Of a stretch of 64,000 nt of DNA, positions 1 through 17,319 are shown one piece after another; the first letter of the stretch is position 1; every line of letters begins with the position of its first letter. This stretch comes from Moniliella sp. 'wahieum' (lineage: Eukaryota), in NCBI GenBank assembly GCA_003971905.1, contig RSEE01000007.1:620001-684000 (forward strand). Direction: 5' to 3'. The notes beneath the pieces were generated by a model. That model was not told the origin of the DNA. It saw nothing but the letters and a program-made list of their open reading frames with translations, and ran no database searches. Made by a program: the position numbers and the translations under genes.

Positions 1-30
1 GCCATCGGGGCAGGCAGCACATCCCCTACC

Positions 31-1223
31 TTAATCCAACGTTCTCCGATCTTCTCGGCGCCGGCGTCGTCCATGACCATGGGGGGACGGGATCGGCCCA
101 TTCCGCCGCGTGGCTGGTGCCCGCTTGGCCTTACTGGAAGGATCGGATTTGCGTGGCCGCTTGCGTTCGGGCCAGGGGACGTGAGGACGAGTATGGAGGA
201 CAGGGGGAGTGCTGTGGACCGAACTGCGCGCCGCATCCTCATACAACGTCTCATCCAGCTCATCCGAGTACTCATCCACCTCACTGGATGCAGCACTTGC
301 ACTTCGATCTTGTCTCCTCCGGAAAGAGGTGCCAGGCTTGGCCGCGTAGGCAGCAAAGCCCAGGCCAGTGGAGAGGGGCTGGGGAGAAGAGAGACGAGGC
401 GCGTCGGAAGGAAGCGAAAATCCAAACTCTAGGGTTGAAGGAGGCGGAGCCAGACTCGCTTTCAGCGACACGGGATCCGTCGACTCGGAAGAGGCACATG
501 GAGGCGAGGTAGGAGCCAGGATGGTAGGGACGCTCACTGGGGTACCCCCCTCCGGAATAGATGAGGGAGTGCCAGTGGATGGCGCTGGTCCAGGCAAACT
601 GGATGCGGCCCTGGTCCAAGCCGGGCGGGAGAGAATGGCTTGAACTCGTTGGGCGTCGAGAGAGGCAGCGCTGGAAGCAGGTGGGGCGCCTTGGGGGCCA
701 GGCACTGGATCCGACGCAGTAATGGAGATAGCAGGGGAGGCCGAGCAGGCAGTGGCAGCAGCCGCGGCAGCTCCGGCGCCAGTGCCCGTGGTGGTGCCGG
801 CGGCTATGCCTGGCGCACTAGCGAGGGCGGGAGATGAAGGTGGCGGCACCGAAGAAGCATGCTGGGGGGGCGGGGTGCCGATGGAACTGGGCGGCCGAGG
901 CGGCGGTGGGGCTGGGTCGTCGTCAGGGTCGTCGGGGCAGTGAGGGCATCGACACGGGCGGTGAGGTGGCAGTGGAGCCAGGCGAGAGTGTCGGCAGGGG
1001 CATCGTGCGGGGAGGAAGCGGAGCGGGCGGCAAGGCCGGCCTTGATGTCGGTGAGGGCGGCGAGGTAGCCGGCGCGGTGGGCGGAGGCGGCGGCGGTGTG
1101 GGCGGAGCGGAAGAGGGAGGTGAGGTGGCGGGCGGCGGCCTTGAACTCGGTGGAGAGCCGCTCGGTGTCGACGGCGGCCGAGGAGGGATCGAGGGTGTCG
1201 CCGAGGCGTCCCAGCGAGTCCAT
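31..1223 (-). CDS. Conserved fungal hypothetical protein (N-terminus resembles the HAPSTR1/DUF4588-like family), long disordered C-terminus
   Basis: ATG at 1223 gives MDSLGRLGDTLDPSSAAVDTERLSTEFKAAARHLTSLFRSAHTAAASAHRAGYLAALTDI (FKAAA..(I/L)T.L(Y/F)R motif). One frameshift near 940 joins the 31..1350 frame, which is Pro/Ser-rich with a basic end. Confidence 0.6.
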
Positions 1224-1474
1224 CGCAGCGAGCGAGCGAGGGGAACAGCAGGGGGGGCAACAGGCGTGGCGGCAAGCGAAGCGATGGCAGACGCAGGCCC
1301 TGGCGCAGCAAGGCGGCGGCCCGATTAATGAGTGGTCGGTGGGCCTGCATGCTCCTGCAGGCAGCGGGGCAGTGTGTGTGCTCTGCCCCCAGCTAGCCCG
1401 GGCTGACGTAACCAATGTGATCAAATTTCCGCCTTGCCCGGGCAGGTGTGCCCGGCGTCCGCATGGGCGTCCCC

Positions 1475-1526
1475 CAGGTGGAGGCAGGCAGGTGGAGGCA
1501 GGCAGTGGAGGCAGGCAGTGGAGGCA
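1475..1526. repeat. Short tandem repeat, 13-14 bp unit GTGGAGGCAGGCA(G), ~3.7 copies
   Basis: caggtggaggcaggcaggtggaggcaggcagtggaggcaggcagtggaggca read directly. Confidence 0.8.
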
Positions 1527-2636
1527 CGGCGGCGCGGGGGCGCTCTCGGCTGCTGCGGTGGCAGCCCCCCGTAGGGTTGCCCCGGCGCTAGGGTTTCGGC
1601 GTGGTACAAAACATCCTCCTGGCGCCGCCATCCGGTGACGGCTTGTTCCTTGACCACCAATCTCCACTGCAAGAGCACCAACCCCGCTATGTGTGATGCA
1701 TCTCTATGTGACCATGTGAACGCCTGCCTTCCCTGTCTCTCCATCCACCCCATCCCCGCTGTGGATGGGCCGGCACAGTTGTGCGCGTGTACCTCTAACC
1801 CGCCAGGAGCATCCTTTCGACCCTCTGCCCCGTCAGTCATGGTCTGGGATGTGCCTGCAGCCATTCTGCCCACCTTGCTCCATTTGAGGCCTGCGTGGTT
1901 CCTGAAGTGCTGCAAGATAAACCCTTTCGGGGGTGCCGCCGTGGCCAATGCCACTTCATGTGGATGCCAAGGTCTTGTCATTCATTCGCCTGCGGCGGTT
2001 TCTACGCCACGGACGTTATGCAGTGATGAGCGCGCCAACATTTCTTCTTTGCATAATGCATGCTCTGACCCACCCATCTCCTCTGCAAGGCGGGGATTTG
2101 CTGTGCATAGAGCTAGTTACTCCCCAGACCTTGACTTGGCCCCAGTGTTCTGAGGGTGCCCACAGGCCCATGTATGATCTGCATAGCGCCCTTTTCTCAT
2201 ATGGCCGAGCTGATCTCATCCGTCCAGCACACATCGGAAGTTTTATATCCACCGCAGGGATGTTGTATACCTGGGACGATTCGAATCCTTTGTGGCCAGG
2301 CATCCTTCGAGTCGCACTCTACATCGTTGCCTGCACCACGCTGACAAGGTCGAGGCATAGGACCACCGCTTGACATTGTCCTGCGTCCGTACGGCCTGGA
2401 GCAAGGGGGGATGGACGAAGTCAGGCCGCTTGGTCTTGTGGGGGAAAATAGACCAGGAACGTACGTAAGCCGCGATGGAACCCGGACACACATTTCAAAT
2501 TTCAGCCGCTATTTTTCGCGGCTGCCAAAAAAAAAAATACAAACGTGAGCCACACCCACAGGGAGGCAGTACCGCCCAGCCCACCCAACGGGTTGCCCCA
2601 CCCACCACCACCACCACCTTCTCCTGCCTTGCCCTC

Positions 2637-5238
2637 ATGGTTACGGCCGACGACAGCCGCAAGCGTCGGCGCGCTGCGCCAGCAAGCCGCTCCAAGTCCA
2701 GCCGCACCATCCGCCGCACTGCGTTTGACGATGAGCTGGCGCGCATCCGCTCCGACATCCAGCACCTCGATCCCGCCCACCCACCCACCACCTTTGCCGA
2801 CCTGCCTCTGTCGCGCGCCACGCGCACCGGCCTCACCCGCGCCGGTTTCCGCGAGCTGACCGACATCCAGCAACGCTCCCTCCCGCTTTCGCTAGCGGGA
2901 AAGGACGTTCTCGCCGCTGCGCCCACGGGCAGTGGCAAGACGCTTGCGTTTGTCATTCCTCTTCTCGAACGGCTGCATCAGCTGCGCTGGGGTGCCACCG
3001 ATGGCCTGGGCGCGCTCATTATCAGTCCCACCCGCGAGCTGGCCATCCAGATCTTCGATATGCTTCGCAAGGTCGGCGCGCAGCACACGGCGCTTTCGGC
3101 CGGGATCATCTTTGGTGGCAAGGACTTTAAGGCGGAAGCGATCCGTCTCCCGCGCCTCAACATTTTGGTTGCCACTCCAGGCCGGTTGCGCCAGCACCTG
3201 GAACAAACGCCTGGATTTGATCCTTCCAACTTACAAATGCTTGTGCTGGACGAGGCGGATCGGAATTTGGATATGGGGTTTGAGGACGACTTGAATGGCA
3301 TTTTGCAGCAGCAGTTGCCGCGCAAGCCGGCTGGTGGCATCCATTCGCCTGACCAGCCGGGGCGTCAGACGCTGCTCTTTTCCGCTACGCAAACCAACAA
3401 GGTCAGCGACTTGGCCCGCCTCTCGCTTGACCACCCCGAGTTTGTCGCGGTCAAGGCGGTGGTCGAGGCGGCGGCGGCGCGACGAGCGGGCGGGGCCGAG
3501 GAAGGATCGACGGCCAACTTGGTCTTGCCGGCGCAGTTGTCGCAGCATTACATGCTCGTCGATCTACCCCGCAAGCTCGACCTGCTCTTTTCGTTTTTGC
3601 GCACCCACGTCAAGACAAAGATTGTTGTCTTTTTCTCCGCGTGCCGAGAGGTTCAGTTTGTGTTTGAAACGTTTTGCAAGTTGCGCCCTGGGCTGCCGTT
3701 GCTGTGCTTGCACGGCAAGCAAAAGCAGGGCAAGCGACTGCAGATTTACACCGAGTTTGGGCGCATGAAGCACGCTTGCCTCTTTGCAACCGACATTGCC
3801 GCTCGTGGTCTCGATTTCCCCTCGGTGGATTGGGTGATCCAGGTGGACGCGCCCGAGGAAGGGGATACCTATGTCCATCGCGTTGGGCGTACCGCACGAT
3901 ACGACAAGGCGGGCAACAGTTTGCTTTTGTCATGCCAGCCGAGAAGGAGATGGTGCTGGAGAAACTTGCGTCGCGTGGGATTCGTACCGCCGACGATGGC
4001 GAAGAGGGCGGTGGGGGTGCGCTGCGGTTGATCAAGCCGAGGGAAGGCATGATCCAGTCCATTGCGTCGCCTCTGCAGAGCTTCTTGTTCCAAGACCCGC
4101 AGCTCAAGTACTTGGGGCAAAAGGCATTTGTCTCCTATGTCCGCAGCCTGTTCCTAATGAAGGACCGGGCCAAGTTTGACCTGCTCTCGCTCCCGTTCGA
4201 TGCGTATGCGGAATCGTTGGGTCTTGCCGGCGCACCCAAGCTCAAATTTATCACCCAAGCTCAAAAGGAGAAGACAAAACAGGCTCGGATTGCCCGCGCC
4301 GAGGCCAAGAAGAATGCCAATGTGGCGAAACGCAATGGGGAACCAGTGCCTGTGCCCAAGCCTGCTTCGGACCAGTCCGGGTCCGAGTCCGAATCCGAGT
4401 CTGAAGCGGCGCCACCCGAATCGGAAGCGCAAGCGACTGCTGGACCTGCCAAGGTGCGCACCAAGTACGATCGTATGTTTGAACGCAAGAACGACAGTGT
4501 CTTGACCCCCCATTACCGCACCCTCGTCACCAGTGATGACGAGAGACGACCAGCCCGGCGCAAGGGTTCCATTCACGAGGACGAGGCGGACGATGTGTTT
4601 GAGCTGGCGCGGGCGGACCATGCGCTGGAGGGTGACGAGCAAGAGGACGTGGATGAGCAGGAAGCACGGGAAGCCGCGATGAACAATATGAGCAAGCGGG
4701 CGCTGAAGCGGGGCATGTCCAAGAAGGCCATGGCAGAGGCCGGCAAGCGTGGGATGAGTACCAAACTTACATTTGATGACGAGGGAGAAGCGCACGAGCT
4801 GTACGAGCTGCAAGATGAGGCCGAGTTTAAGAAAGCGGGTGATGTGGCGGAGCAAGCGGCGGCGCATGCCCAAGCTGAACGCGCCCGGCTCAGCGAACAA
4901 GATGTGGCGGACCGCGAACGTGTGCGGGAACAGCGGCGCGAGAAGCGACGGTTGCGCAAAGAGAAGGAACGTGAAGCCCGCGGGGAAGGCCGAGAGGAGA
5001 CCGAAGTCCAGGCCGCCCTGCCTTCGGACGCTGAGGAGGACGAGTGGGAAGAACCGGATTGGATCTTGCCTGAGGACGACGACAGTCCCTCGGACCTCGC
5101 GCTGCGACGGACGAGGAGAGCGAAGCGGAGCCAGGCGACCGGCCTCGCAAGCGCGCCCGCCATTCCGCTTCCCCCAATCCCCAGGGCGCTTCTTTGGCCG
5201 ACGACGAAGCGCTGGCCCTACAATTGTTGGGAGCCTAA
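2637..5238 (+). CDS. DBP4: DEAD-box RNA helicase DBP4/HCA4 (DDX10)
   Basis: Motifs APTGSGKT, PTRELA, TPGRL, DEAD, SAT, ARGLD and HRVGRTAR. DBP4-typical KVRTKYDRMFERKN and C-terminal DDEALALQLLGA* (TAA 5236-5238). Frameshifts near 3925 and 5100. Confidence 0.92.
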
Positions 5239-5506
5239 CTTTCCTCTGTCTTTTGGCCCAAGGGTTGGACTACTACTACCTACTTCACTGTGCCGCTGCC
5301 CAGGTATACGAATCGCCTTTACAGATAGGTGGTAGCAATAACCCACGATGCTGGGGGGGGGAGGAGGAGAGGAGGGAGAAGCGAGGAAAAGAGAGGAAAC
5401 ATGGACAATGCAAAAGCAATTGGCAACACTATAAAACCGTGGGGGCACACGATGACGATTGCCGGGGCACACATGCGAGGCAAAAATGGGTTTAGGCCTG
5501 GGGGGA

Positions 5507-9492
<3,986 letters not shown>

Positions 9493-9686
9493 GCGGCCGC
9501 AACTGCCTTCCCGTGGCCGCCGGGCAGCACCCCAGCGCACGTGATCTGCGTTTTTTTTTTCAGCCCATGCGGCCGCCGTTACGTCATCCGCCGCCACCCC
9601 CTTCCGCCTCCGCCGCCAAGAACCATTCCGCTGCCTGCCCCGCCCTCCGCCGGCTGCCTTTCACATGTCACCGCCAGGCGCATCAC

Positions 9687-9694
9687 GTCACGTG
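9687..9694. promoter_or_regulatory. GTCACGTG E-box (Cbf1-like) in the divergent UBP12/seipin promoter
   Basis: Exact RTCACGTG. The same 8-mer lies in the divergent PAF1/RSM19 promoter (42742-42749). Function is inferred only. Confidence 0.35.
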
Positions 9695-9826
9695 CTGCTA
9701 ACCCTTGCCCCCCCCCCACAGGGGCACCGCCGCCTTCCCCACCCCCCCCATCTTTGCCATGTCGTTGGCCCCTGCACACCGTCCCTCCCCACGCCTGACC
9801 CCGACCCGCCCTTGCCTCGGCCCGGC

Positions 9827-11723
9827 ATGCCGCTCCGACCCCGCGCCACCAGGCCCAGGCGCCCGTAGACGCGCCGAGAAGCGCCCGCTGCAAGCGCTTC
9901 ATGCCGGCTTCAGTAAGGCGTTCGACTCGCTTCCCTCGTCAAGCCAATGGCCGGAGGCCGTGTACCGCTCCGTTGTGCTTGCCCCCGGACAGTTCGCCCT
10001 CGCCAAGGTGCATGCTATCATCCTCACCCCGCACCCACCGGTACTTGCTGCGCGTCTCCATCGCCACTGTGCTCTACTACCTGGCTCTCTTCTTGGCTCT
10101 TTTGGCCTACATTGGGTTCGTCAATGTGTGGGCGCCACATGCGGGCTTCACCAAGTCGGTCTGGTTGCAGTATGGGTAGGTTGACTAATTGCCTCTCTTC
10201 GCCAGTGTGGCTATGGTTTTCCCCATTGCTAACTCCCCTGTGCTGCCTCCCTCTAGCGAACCGGGGGCTCCGTATGCCCATTTGCACTTTACTCCCACTG
10301 CCGCCGACCGAAAGGCGTACTTGTTTGACAGCGACGAGCTTCCCTCCGAGTCCGATTCTACCTTTTGGACGATCAAGCGTACGACGTGACGCTTGAACTC
10401 CTCCTGCCTGTCACCTCGGCCAATGTGGATCTGGGCAATTTTATGACCACCCTGGAACTGTACAATGCCAACGGTTCCACTGTCTGGCGTGCGTCACGAC
10501 CGGTACGTTGAGCATGTCTAGATGGGGCGAGATCAAAGGTATTAACCAATACATCGGTCCGCCCCGCACCAGTCCATCTTACTCACTGAGCCCTCGCCTC
10601 TTCGGCTGCTCTCGAGCTTGGCCCGAGTAATGAAAGAGCCATCCTTGACAGGTCTGTTTGATTGGGCGTCGGGGAGCAGCCCGGGAGGGGTGAATCTGGC
10701 ACTCGCTCCGCTCACGTGGTCGGTGCCAACCCAAGTGATGTCCATTCCCCTTTTGCGGCGACGGGTGATGCAGCCGTCGCACTCGGCCCTCAGCTTCCTC
10801 GACCCGGCCACCGTGACGGGGCGAGACCAGGGTCGGGAACGGTCCGAGTGGGCGTCACCGGCATCGTTGCGGGTCACATCGGGCTTGTTAACCGTAGGCC
10901 GACGCGACAGCGATCGGTATTGGCCTTTGCGGGAAGGTGTGCAAGTGCAAGTCCAGCCGATCTCCTTGGGTCCGGGGGGGATACGTCGCGCTCGCGTGGC
11001 GAACTTCAGATCCTAATGGCCAACTTGCGATTTGATGCACAACTGACGGGGCTCCGGTACGATTTCTTCTCCTTTTTCGTTCCGATGGTGCTTTTGCTGG
11101 GAGTGGGACGCTGACCCAACATTCAGGTACATGCTTATTACCATCCATTTTTGTTTCCTTGCCTTTTCCATCTCTTTATCGCGCTGGAGCTGCTGATTGG
11201 CCTTGGTCTGTTGGTTGGGGTGGCCTTGTTCACGTCCACACCGTACAACACCTTTTGGGTATGGACCAGCTGCGACCCGAAATCCCCTTGGTCCACGCAC
11301 CCAGTCCGCCTTTGGGCCTAGCGCAGTCTGTGCGGCGACGAGGCCAGGCAGACAGGGACGAACGGGAGCATCTGTTGGGAGCCGGGTCGCCGCCCCGCGC
11401 CGCCTGCGAAAACGGAGGATACGGACAGCGATGGTGGGACGGTGACGGAATCGGGGTGGGGCATGACGGGCACGAGCGAAGGACCGCTGACGTCCGAGCT
11501 GGGCTACGACGGTACCTCTTCCACCGCCGATGACGAGGAGGATCTGGCGGAGATGTTCCCCCCGCTCCTCAGGACTGGGAGATGAACCTCGGTCCCGGCC
11601 ATGGCCGTGGCCAGAGTCTCGGACGACTTTCGGAGGCCACCGAGGAATCTACCAACCTCTTCAGTAACGGCAGCACCAGTGAGGGCTCCACCATTTCGGG
11701 CCGCGACTGAGATGAGGGGCTGA
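9827..11723 (+). CDS. SEI1: Seipin (lipid-droplet biogenesis protein)
   Basis: TM helix VSIATVLYYLALFLALLAYIGF followed by SVWLQYG; SANVDLGNFMTTLELYNANGSTVWRASRP; ANLRFDAQLTGLR; second hydrophobic stretch; three GT..AG introns (~10176, ~10503, ~11057). Confidence 0.8.
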
Positions 11724-12490
11724 CGTACCTCTCTCATCTTGCTTCTCCCTGTTCCTTGCTCTATCCTTCTTTCTCTTTTTACGATTACGACTTGTACGAC
11801 TTTTTGTACGACTGGGGATGGAGGCGGAGGGGGGGCTTCTCCTACCCTTTTCCTTTTCCTTCTTCTCTTTTTCTCCTTTGCCTCCACGGACGTGGCGAGG
11901 CGTACGACACTATTACGGATGTGGGTCGCGGCAGGGTACGTTGGATTGCCTTGCATGGCGCATGTCCACACCTCTGGCTCTCTCTCTCTCCCGCTGCCAC
12001 CCTTGTGTGACGATATACCCATTCTGATGAGGGGGAGCACCTCCCCTCTTTTTTGTCCTGTGCCCTCTGTCATCACCGGTCTGTGTACGGTGGAATGCCT
12101 GGCGGGCCGCATGAAAACGTATTATACAAAGAACGATCGTTTAGTCCTTGATCTGCATCACGGCTGCTGGCGGAGACTGCGGTAGGAGGGTGGAGGGTGG
12201 AGGGAACTATCTCTAGCAGGGAAGCATGACAGAGATAGGGAGGGGTGCTTTGCGGTCACTAGTATATTGCCAGAGGCTGCTGACATGTGACACTCGAAAA
12301 GGCCAGGTCTGTGTCTCTGAGATCTCCATGGGCCATAGCAACAAAGACACTGCTGTGATACGCTGTGGGCGGCGCTTAGCTATTGGGCGGCAGGGACAGG
12401 CGGCACCTTGCATGCATCCCGACCGGCGATGATGCGCGTGGGGCGCACGGCATACAACCATGATCTTATCATTCACCTTGTTGCTGCGAT

Positions 12491-12517
12491 GTCACTAGTC
12501 ACTAGTCACTAGTCACT
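12491..12517. repeat. Palindromic heptamer array (ACTAGT-C)x3+
   Basis: gtcactagtcactagtcactagtcact; a related ACCGGT-C array lies at 12949-12967. Confidence 0.9.
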
Positions 12518-13302
12518 GCCCCCGTCCCCGCCTCCCCAGGGGAACAGTGTGGAGTTCTACTGGGGTCTCTTCCCCCCAGATGGACCCATCTAGCAAAGCA
12601 GACCCAGTCTTCTGGGCGAATCCCGCCGCTCCTGCTCTCGCCGCACGAAGAGAATGGGGCCCACGCCTGCATGATTCCCGCGCCACCCAAAGTCAATTCT
12701 CTCATCGGCGCGGCAAAGACGCGCGGGGGAGTGTCCCTTGCATGCCAAGTGGGGTTGTGCTGTGGTTCAACTGCAAGGCGGCGACGCAAGGGGTAGCTTC
12801 TGCACAAGTGCGAAGGGCAGAGCCGAGGATGCCGGCAGTACGACGCATGAGGTTGATGCATGAGATCTGGGGCGCCGCAGACACCCGGAAGTCTATATAT
12901 GCACAACAGAGCTGGTGTAGAAGCAGGAGGGGTGGTTGGTGGTTGGTGGTCACCGGTCACCGATCACAGGTCGCAGGCGAGTCCTACTGCAGTGCTGCTC
13001 TGTTCTGCAATGCCTCCCCCTGGCGTGGCCGTGGTCGATGGTCGATGGACCCTCATTCCAAGTTGCTGGGGAGGGTCAATGCAACAGCATTGGAAGACGT
13101 ACCCATCTTTTGCATATATAGACTCCTCTCGTCTCCCCACCCAACTCTCTCCTTCTTCCCGTCCCCACCCCCTTCTTTCCTCGCTCCAGGCCCCTAGAAA
13201 CGCTCACTACGGCATTCGCACTCTCTCATCCTTTCTCCTTTGCCCCCTCTTCGCACCTTCTCTTGTGACACACCGAGAGGAAAGAGTACGGCGTATCGCA
13301 CC

Positions 13303-16103
13303 ATGCATTATTCCTCTATGTTCATCTCTCCGATCCAGGTTCTTGGCTTGCTCTCGGGTCTGGCATCCCTATCCACTGCATACGCAGTTGCCATTCCCAA
13401 CAATAACCCCCGTCCTGGTAAATCCCCGTCCCTAGCTGCCCCCGTATTGCTCTCGCGGGAGCGTGGCACCAAACAACAGCCACGTGCCTTTCGTGCCGTA
13501 GACCGCACTCTGTTCGGGCCTCGCTCCAACTCACAACAGGACAAGAACCCATGGCACACCGTCACCAAGAACGCCGACGGAAGCCACTCGCATGAGTACA
13601 ATCTCGTTCTCGAGCCCGCTGGCTCGCTCCCGACGGGTATTGGCGCAAGACGGACACGATCAATGGCAAGACCCCAGGTCCAACGATCGAAATTGACGAA
13701 GGGGACACGGTCACCATCCATGCCTACAATGACAACCCGTCCCAGATGACCCTCCACTTCCACGGAATCGAACTCAAGCCTTTCAATGACGGTGTGCCTG
13801 GTGTCACGCAGGTATGTTTCCTCCCCCTCCCTCTTTCCCCCTATCAATCATAGAAAAAAAGCACACACGTCAAGCTTCACAGGCTCGAGAAAGCTGACCT
13901 TTGACCGTTGTTTATGATGAAGTGGAACATTCTTCCCTACGGCACTACACTTATACGTGGCAAGCGCATCAGCATGGAGCATTCTGGTACCACTCGCATG
14001 CGCGTGGAACGTACGTATATGCATACATCTGACTTCATCTACTGGTATTCGTTGTTCTAGTCACATGTACTAACCAACTTTTTTTCCTGTTTTGTTGATC
14101 GTCATGGGTATTTTATTTTTGCTCTCTACGCATAAACAGCTATGCCGACGGTTCCCGTGGCTCGATTGTGATTCACCCCGCGCAAACGTCACTCGGCCAT
14201 GGAAGCTGATCAGCAGCAACAAAGCCGACCAAACGGCCATGGAGCAGGCGTATTCCAAAGCGGGTGTGCTTCAACTGCACGACTGGCGGCACGAGTCGCT
14301 CGACTCAGCGTTGGTTCGCTACCGCTACACAGGACAAGACCCGTACTGCATCGATTCGGTATTGATCAACTCGCAAGGTCGCATGCAATGCCCCGAGCGG
14401 GCTTCCTTGCAGCGCAGGGCAAAACCGGCATTGACGGCTACGATGGATCCAAGCTTGACCCTACCGGTTGCATTCCTCCCCGCGCCGGGTTTGTTGACAG
14501 TCTGTCCAATGTCAACCCGCGCGAATGCACCAACACCACCTCGGCCTACGGAGTATACCCTGCTTCCAAGTACGCTTCGGGCGATGGCAAGTGGGCTGCC
14601 TTCCACTTGGTCAACACGGCTTCGCAGCATGAGATCTGCTTTAGCATTGATGGGTATGTCCCGTTCCTCTCTGTTTTTTTTATATCTCTTGGCGCATACA
14701 TATGCATTCTATAGGGTGCGATGAGCAAAACTAACCGTCACTTTTCTTCTTTCAAGACACACCCAATACATTGTGGCATCCGACGGTCCTTTTGTCAAGC
14801 CCCAACAAGTGCAAGTGAGTGACCTGTCCATTGGGATGCGCCAAACTGTGCTGGTTCGACTGGATCAACCCAAGGGCCAATAACTATCCGGGCTGCGCTT
14901 TGCAATTCGCGGGAGCAGATCGCTTCGGGGTACGCCGTGTTGGACGTGGACGTCCCCAGTGACAAGCAGGGCTCGAGCAAGGCGCCGAAAGCGAGCCAAC
15001 AGGCACCGCAATCGCCTTCCAAACCAACCAGCAGCCTCGCCAGCAAGTCCGTGAATGCGGGCCCAGCCACCATCACACAATTTTCGGGCGAGGATGCGTC
15101 CCAGTTGAATTACCCTGCTGTGGCAGTATCCAACCCAGCCATGTCAGTACAGCCATACATGCCGGGCAGCGGTAGTGACGTCCACGGACTACCGCAAGCG
15201 CCTGCCAAGTGGTCCAATGGCTGGACTTCGGCCGATGGTCCCGTGACCAACTGGCTCCCCTCTTCCGACAAGACCAAGGTTTGGTTGGACTACAATGGCA
15301 AACTGCTCAATGGTGCCAAAGTACAAGATGACGTGACCCTTTCTCCCTTTCCGAGCCTATCTCCACCCCAAGGAAAGGCCGACTACACCTTCCGGGTAAC
15401 GATCAACGAAACCAATGCGGTCAGCTGGGCTTTGAACCAAGTGCCGTTCAACAGTCTCAACTACCAAGCCACCCCTCTTCTCTACCAGCCCCACGACCCC
15501 CGCCCAGGACCCCAAGCAAACGATCCTCAACGTCGAGGTGGGGAAGGTGGTGGACATTATCTTTGAGGACTTGGGCAACGGCGACTTTGCTGACGTCGCC
15601 CATCCCATCCACAAGCACCAAAACCCCGTGTGGGTGCTGGCGTTTGAACGAGGCAAGCGCTTTACTTGGTCAGACGTGTCGGCGGCCGCGGCGGCCAGGA
15701 ACCAGTCGGGCGTCAACCTAGTTGACCCGCCCAAGCGCGACTCGGGATGGTGCCAGTGGGAGGGTATGCGGTCACACGCCACTACGTTGTCAAGCCGGGC
15801 GCGACCATCCTGCACTGCCACCTGGTTGCGCACCACCAGAGGTACGTTTGTTGCCCCTCCCTTTTGCAACAGCACTGCGACCAGCACGCGCACATGCATA
15901 AGCTTGTCTTTTGGTGTTGTGGGTTGATATATTTACTGACGCGTTAACCCATCTCCTTGATTCCTTTTTCGTACAGCGGTATGGCCGTCGTATTCAAGGA
16001 GGGCGAGTTCGACGCGAGCACTGTGCCTGAGTGGGCGCGCACCTATCCCCATGCTATCCCTCCTTACGTGGACGAGGGTAAGATTGGGTTGGACGAACTG
16101 TGA
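13303..16103 (+). CDS. Secreted multicopper oxidase (laccase-like)
   Basis: Signal-peptide-like N-terminus. Cu motifs TLHFHGI (~13750), GAFWYHSH (~13980), HPIHKH (15601) and LHCHLVAHHQ/SGMAV across an intron. Several introns; stop TGA 16101-16103. Confidence 0.88.
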
Positions 16104-17319
16104 TGATGGATGCCCGAGAATTATCAATGCCAGCAGAGACCGGTCACCTTTTGCTTTCTGCTCCTGTGTTTTTTTTTTCGCTGGCACATCCACAACAACT
16201 TATCAAGGCAACCTCCCTTTTTGTTTCGATACTCTCATTGTGCTATAACTCTCTCCCTCTCCACACTGTGAAATGTGTGTATTATCCCTCAAATCCCCAC
16301 CTGATGACACTTCCTTTTTGCCATCCGTTTTTGTGATTATAAAATAGGCTCTACCCGCCTTATTCGTCTTTTATATCCCCTTGTCAGGCACTGTGTTTCT
16401 TCTTCAATCGTCTTGCGTGCTACCCTTTTCCAAAACAACACCCCCCCGCTATGCTGTTACCCTCCCCGCGCCCATACCTATATACTACTTTCCCAGCGCC
16501 ATACTCCGAGGCCTTTTTTCTTTTTTGAATCATTTTGGGCTTAACATGCCCACGTCAATAGACTAAGCAGGCATGGACAATTCTTCAAGAAACTGCCAAG
16601 GCAGGGTATATCTACTCGAGTAGAAGAGAGAGAGATATAGTGCAACAGCGAAAGAGATGAGATCGACAGGAAAGACCCCTCCGTGAAATTTGAAAGCTCA
16701 TCTCCATCAGTCTCTTTCGATAATAGTATGCAGTTGAAAGTGCGGGCTGTGGGCGTGGGCTTCGCATCAAATTGTTCGTGAAGTCCATGCTATACTAGCG
16801 ATAATCGATCATCTCGATAGTCGATCGTCGAGGTTCGACTGGCGATGATATCGATGTCAGGATGACAGGTATGTGACCGAAATGCAAGCGTCTGGGCAGT
16901 GTGCTCCGAGCCCAGCGCCGCCTGTTGGCCCCAGGAGACAGTCGCCTACTGCGCCTCACACTCGACGGCTGCCTGTAGCATGTATTTACGCCCCCGTTCA
17001 GCAGAGTGTGCACGGGGGCAGTGTGCGGGCAAGCATTTGTGAATGCAATGCAAATGTATATCGGACAGGCTGTTGCATGCTATGGCCATTCATTTTCATC
17101 CCACCATGGGGCTGACAGTGCCCCTCAGCCACATTCGTGCGGGGCAATGCACACCAATCCTACACTAATCTTTGGCGAGTAACTAGTCTGTGGGGCCTGC
17201 GTCAGATCTCAGGCATACAAGACACTTATACAGTTCCTGTGGGCCAAATGAATGCCACCCATCCCCACCACCCCCATTCCCATCCCCATCCCTACCACCC
17301 CCATTCCCAACATCCCAAT

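Noticed and set aside
12491..12517. CACTA transposon termini
   Set aside because: CACTA is only a substring of the ACTAGT-C tandem unit; no transposase or TSD was seen.
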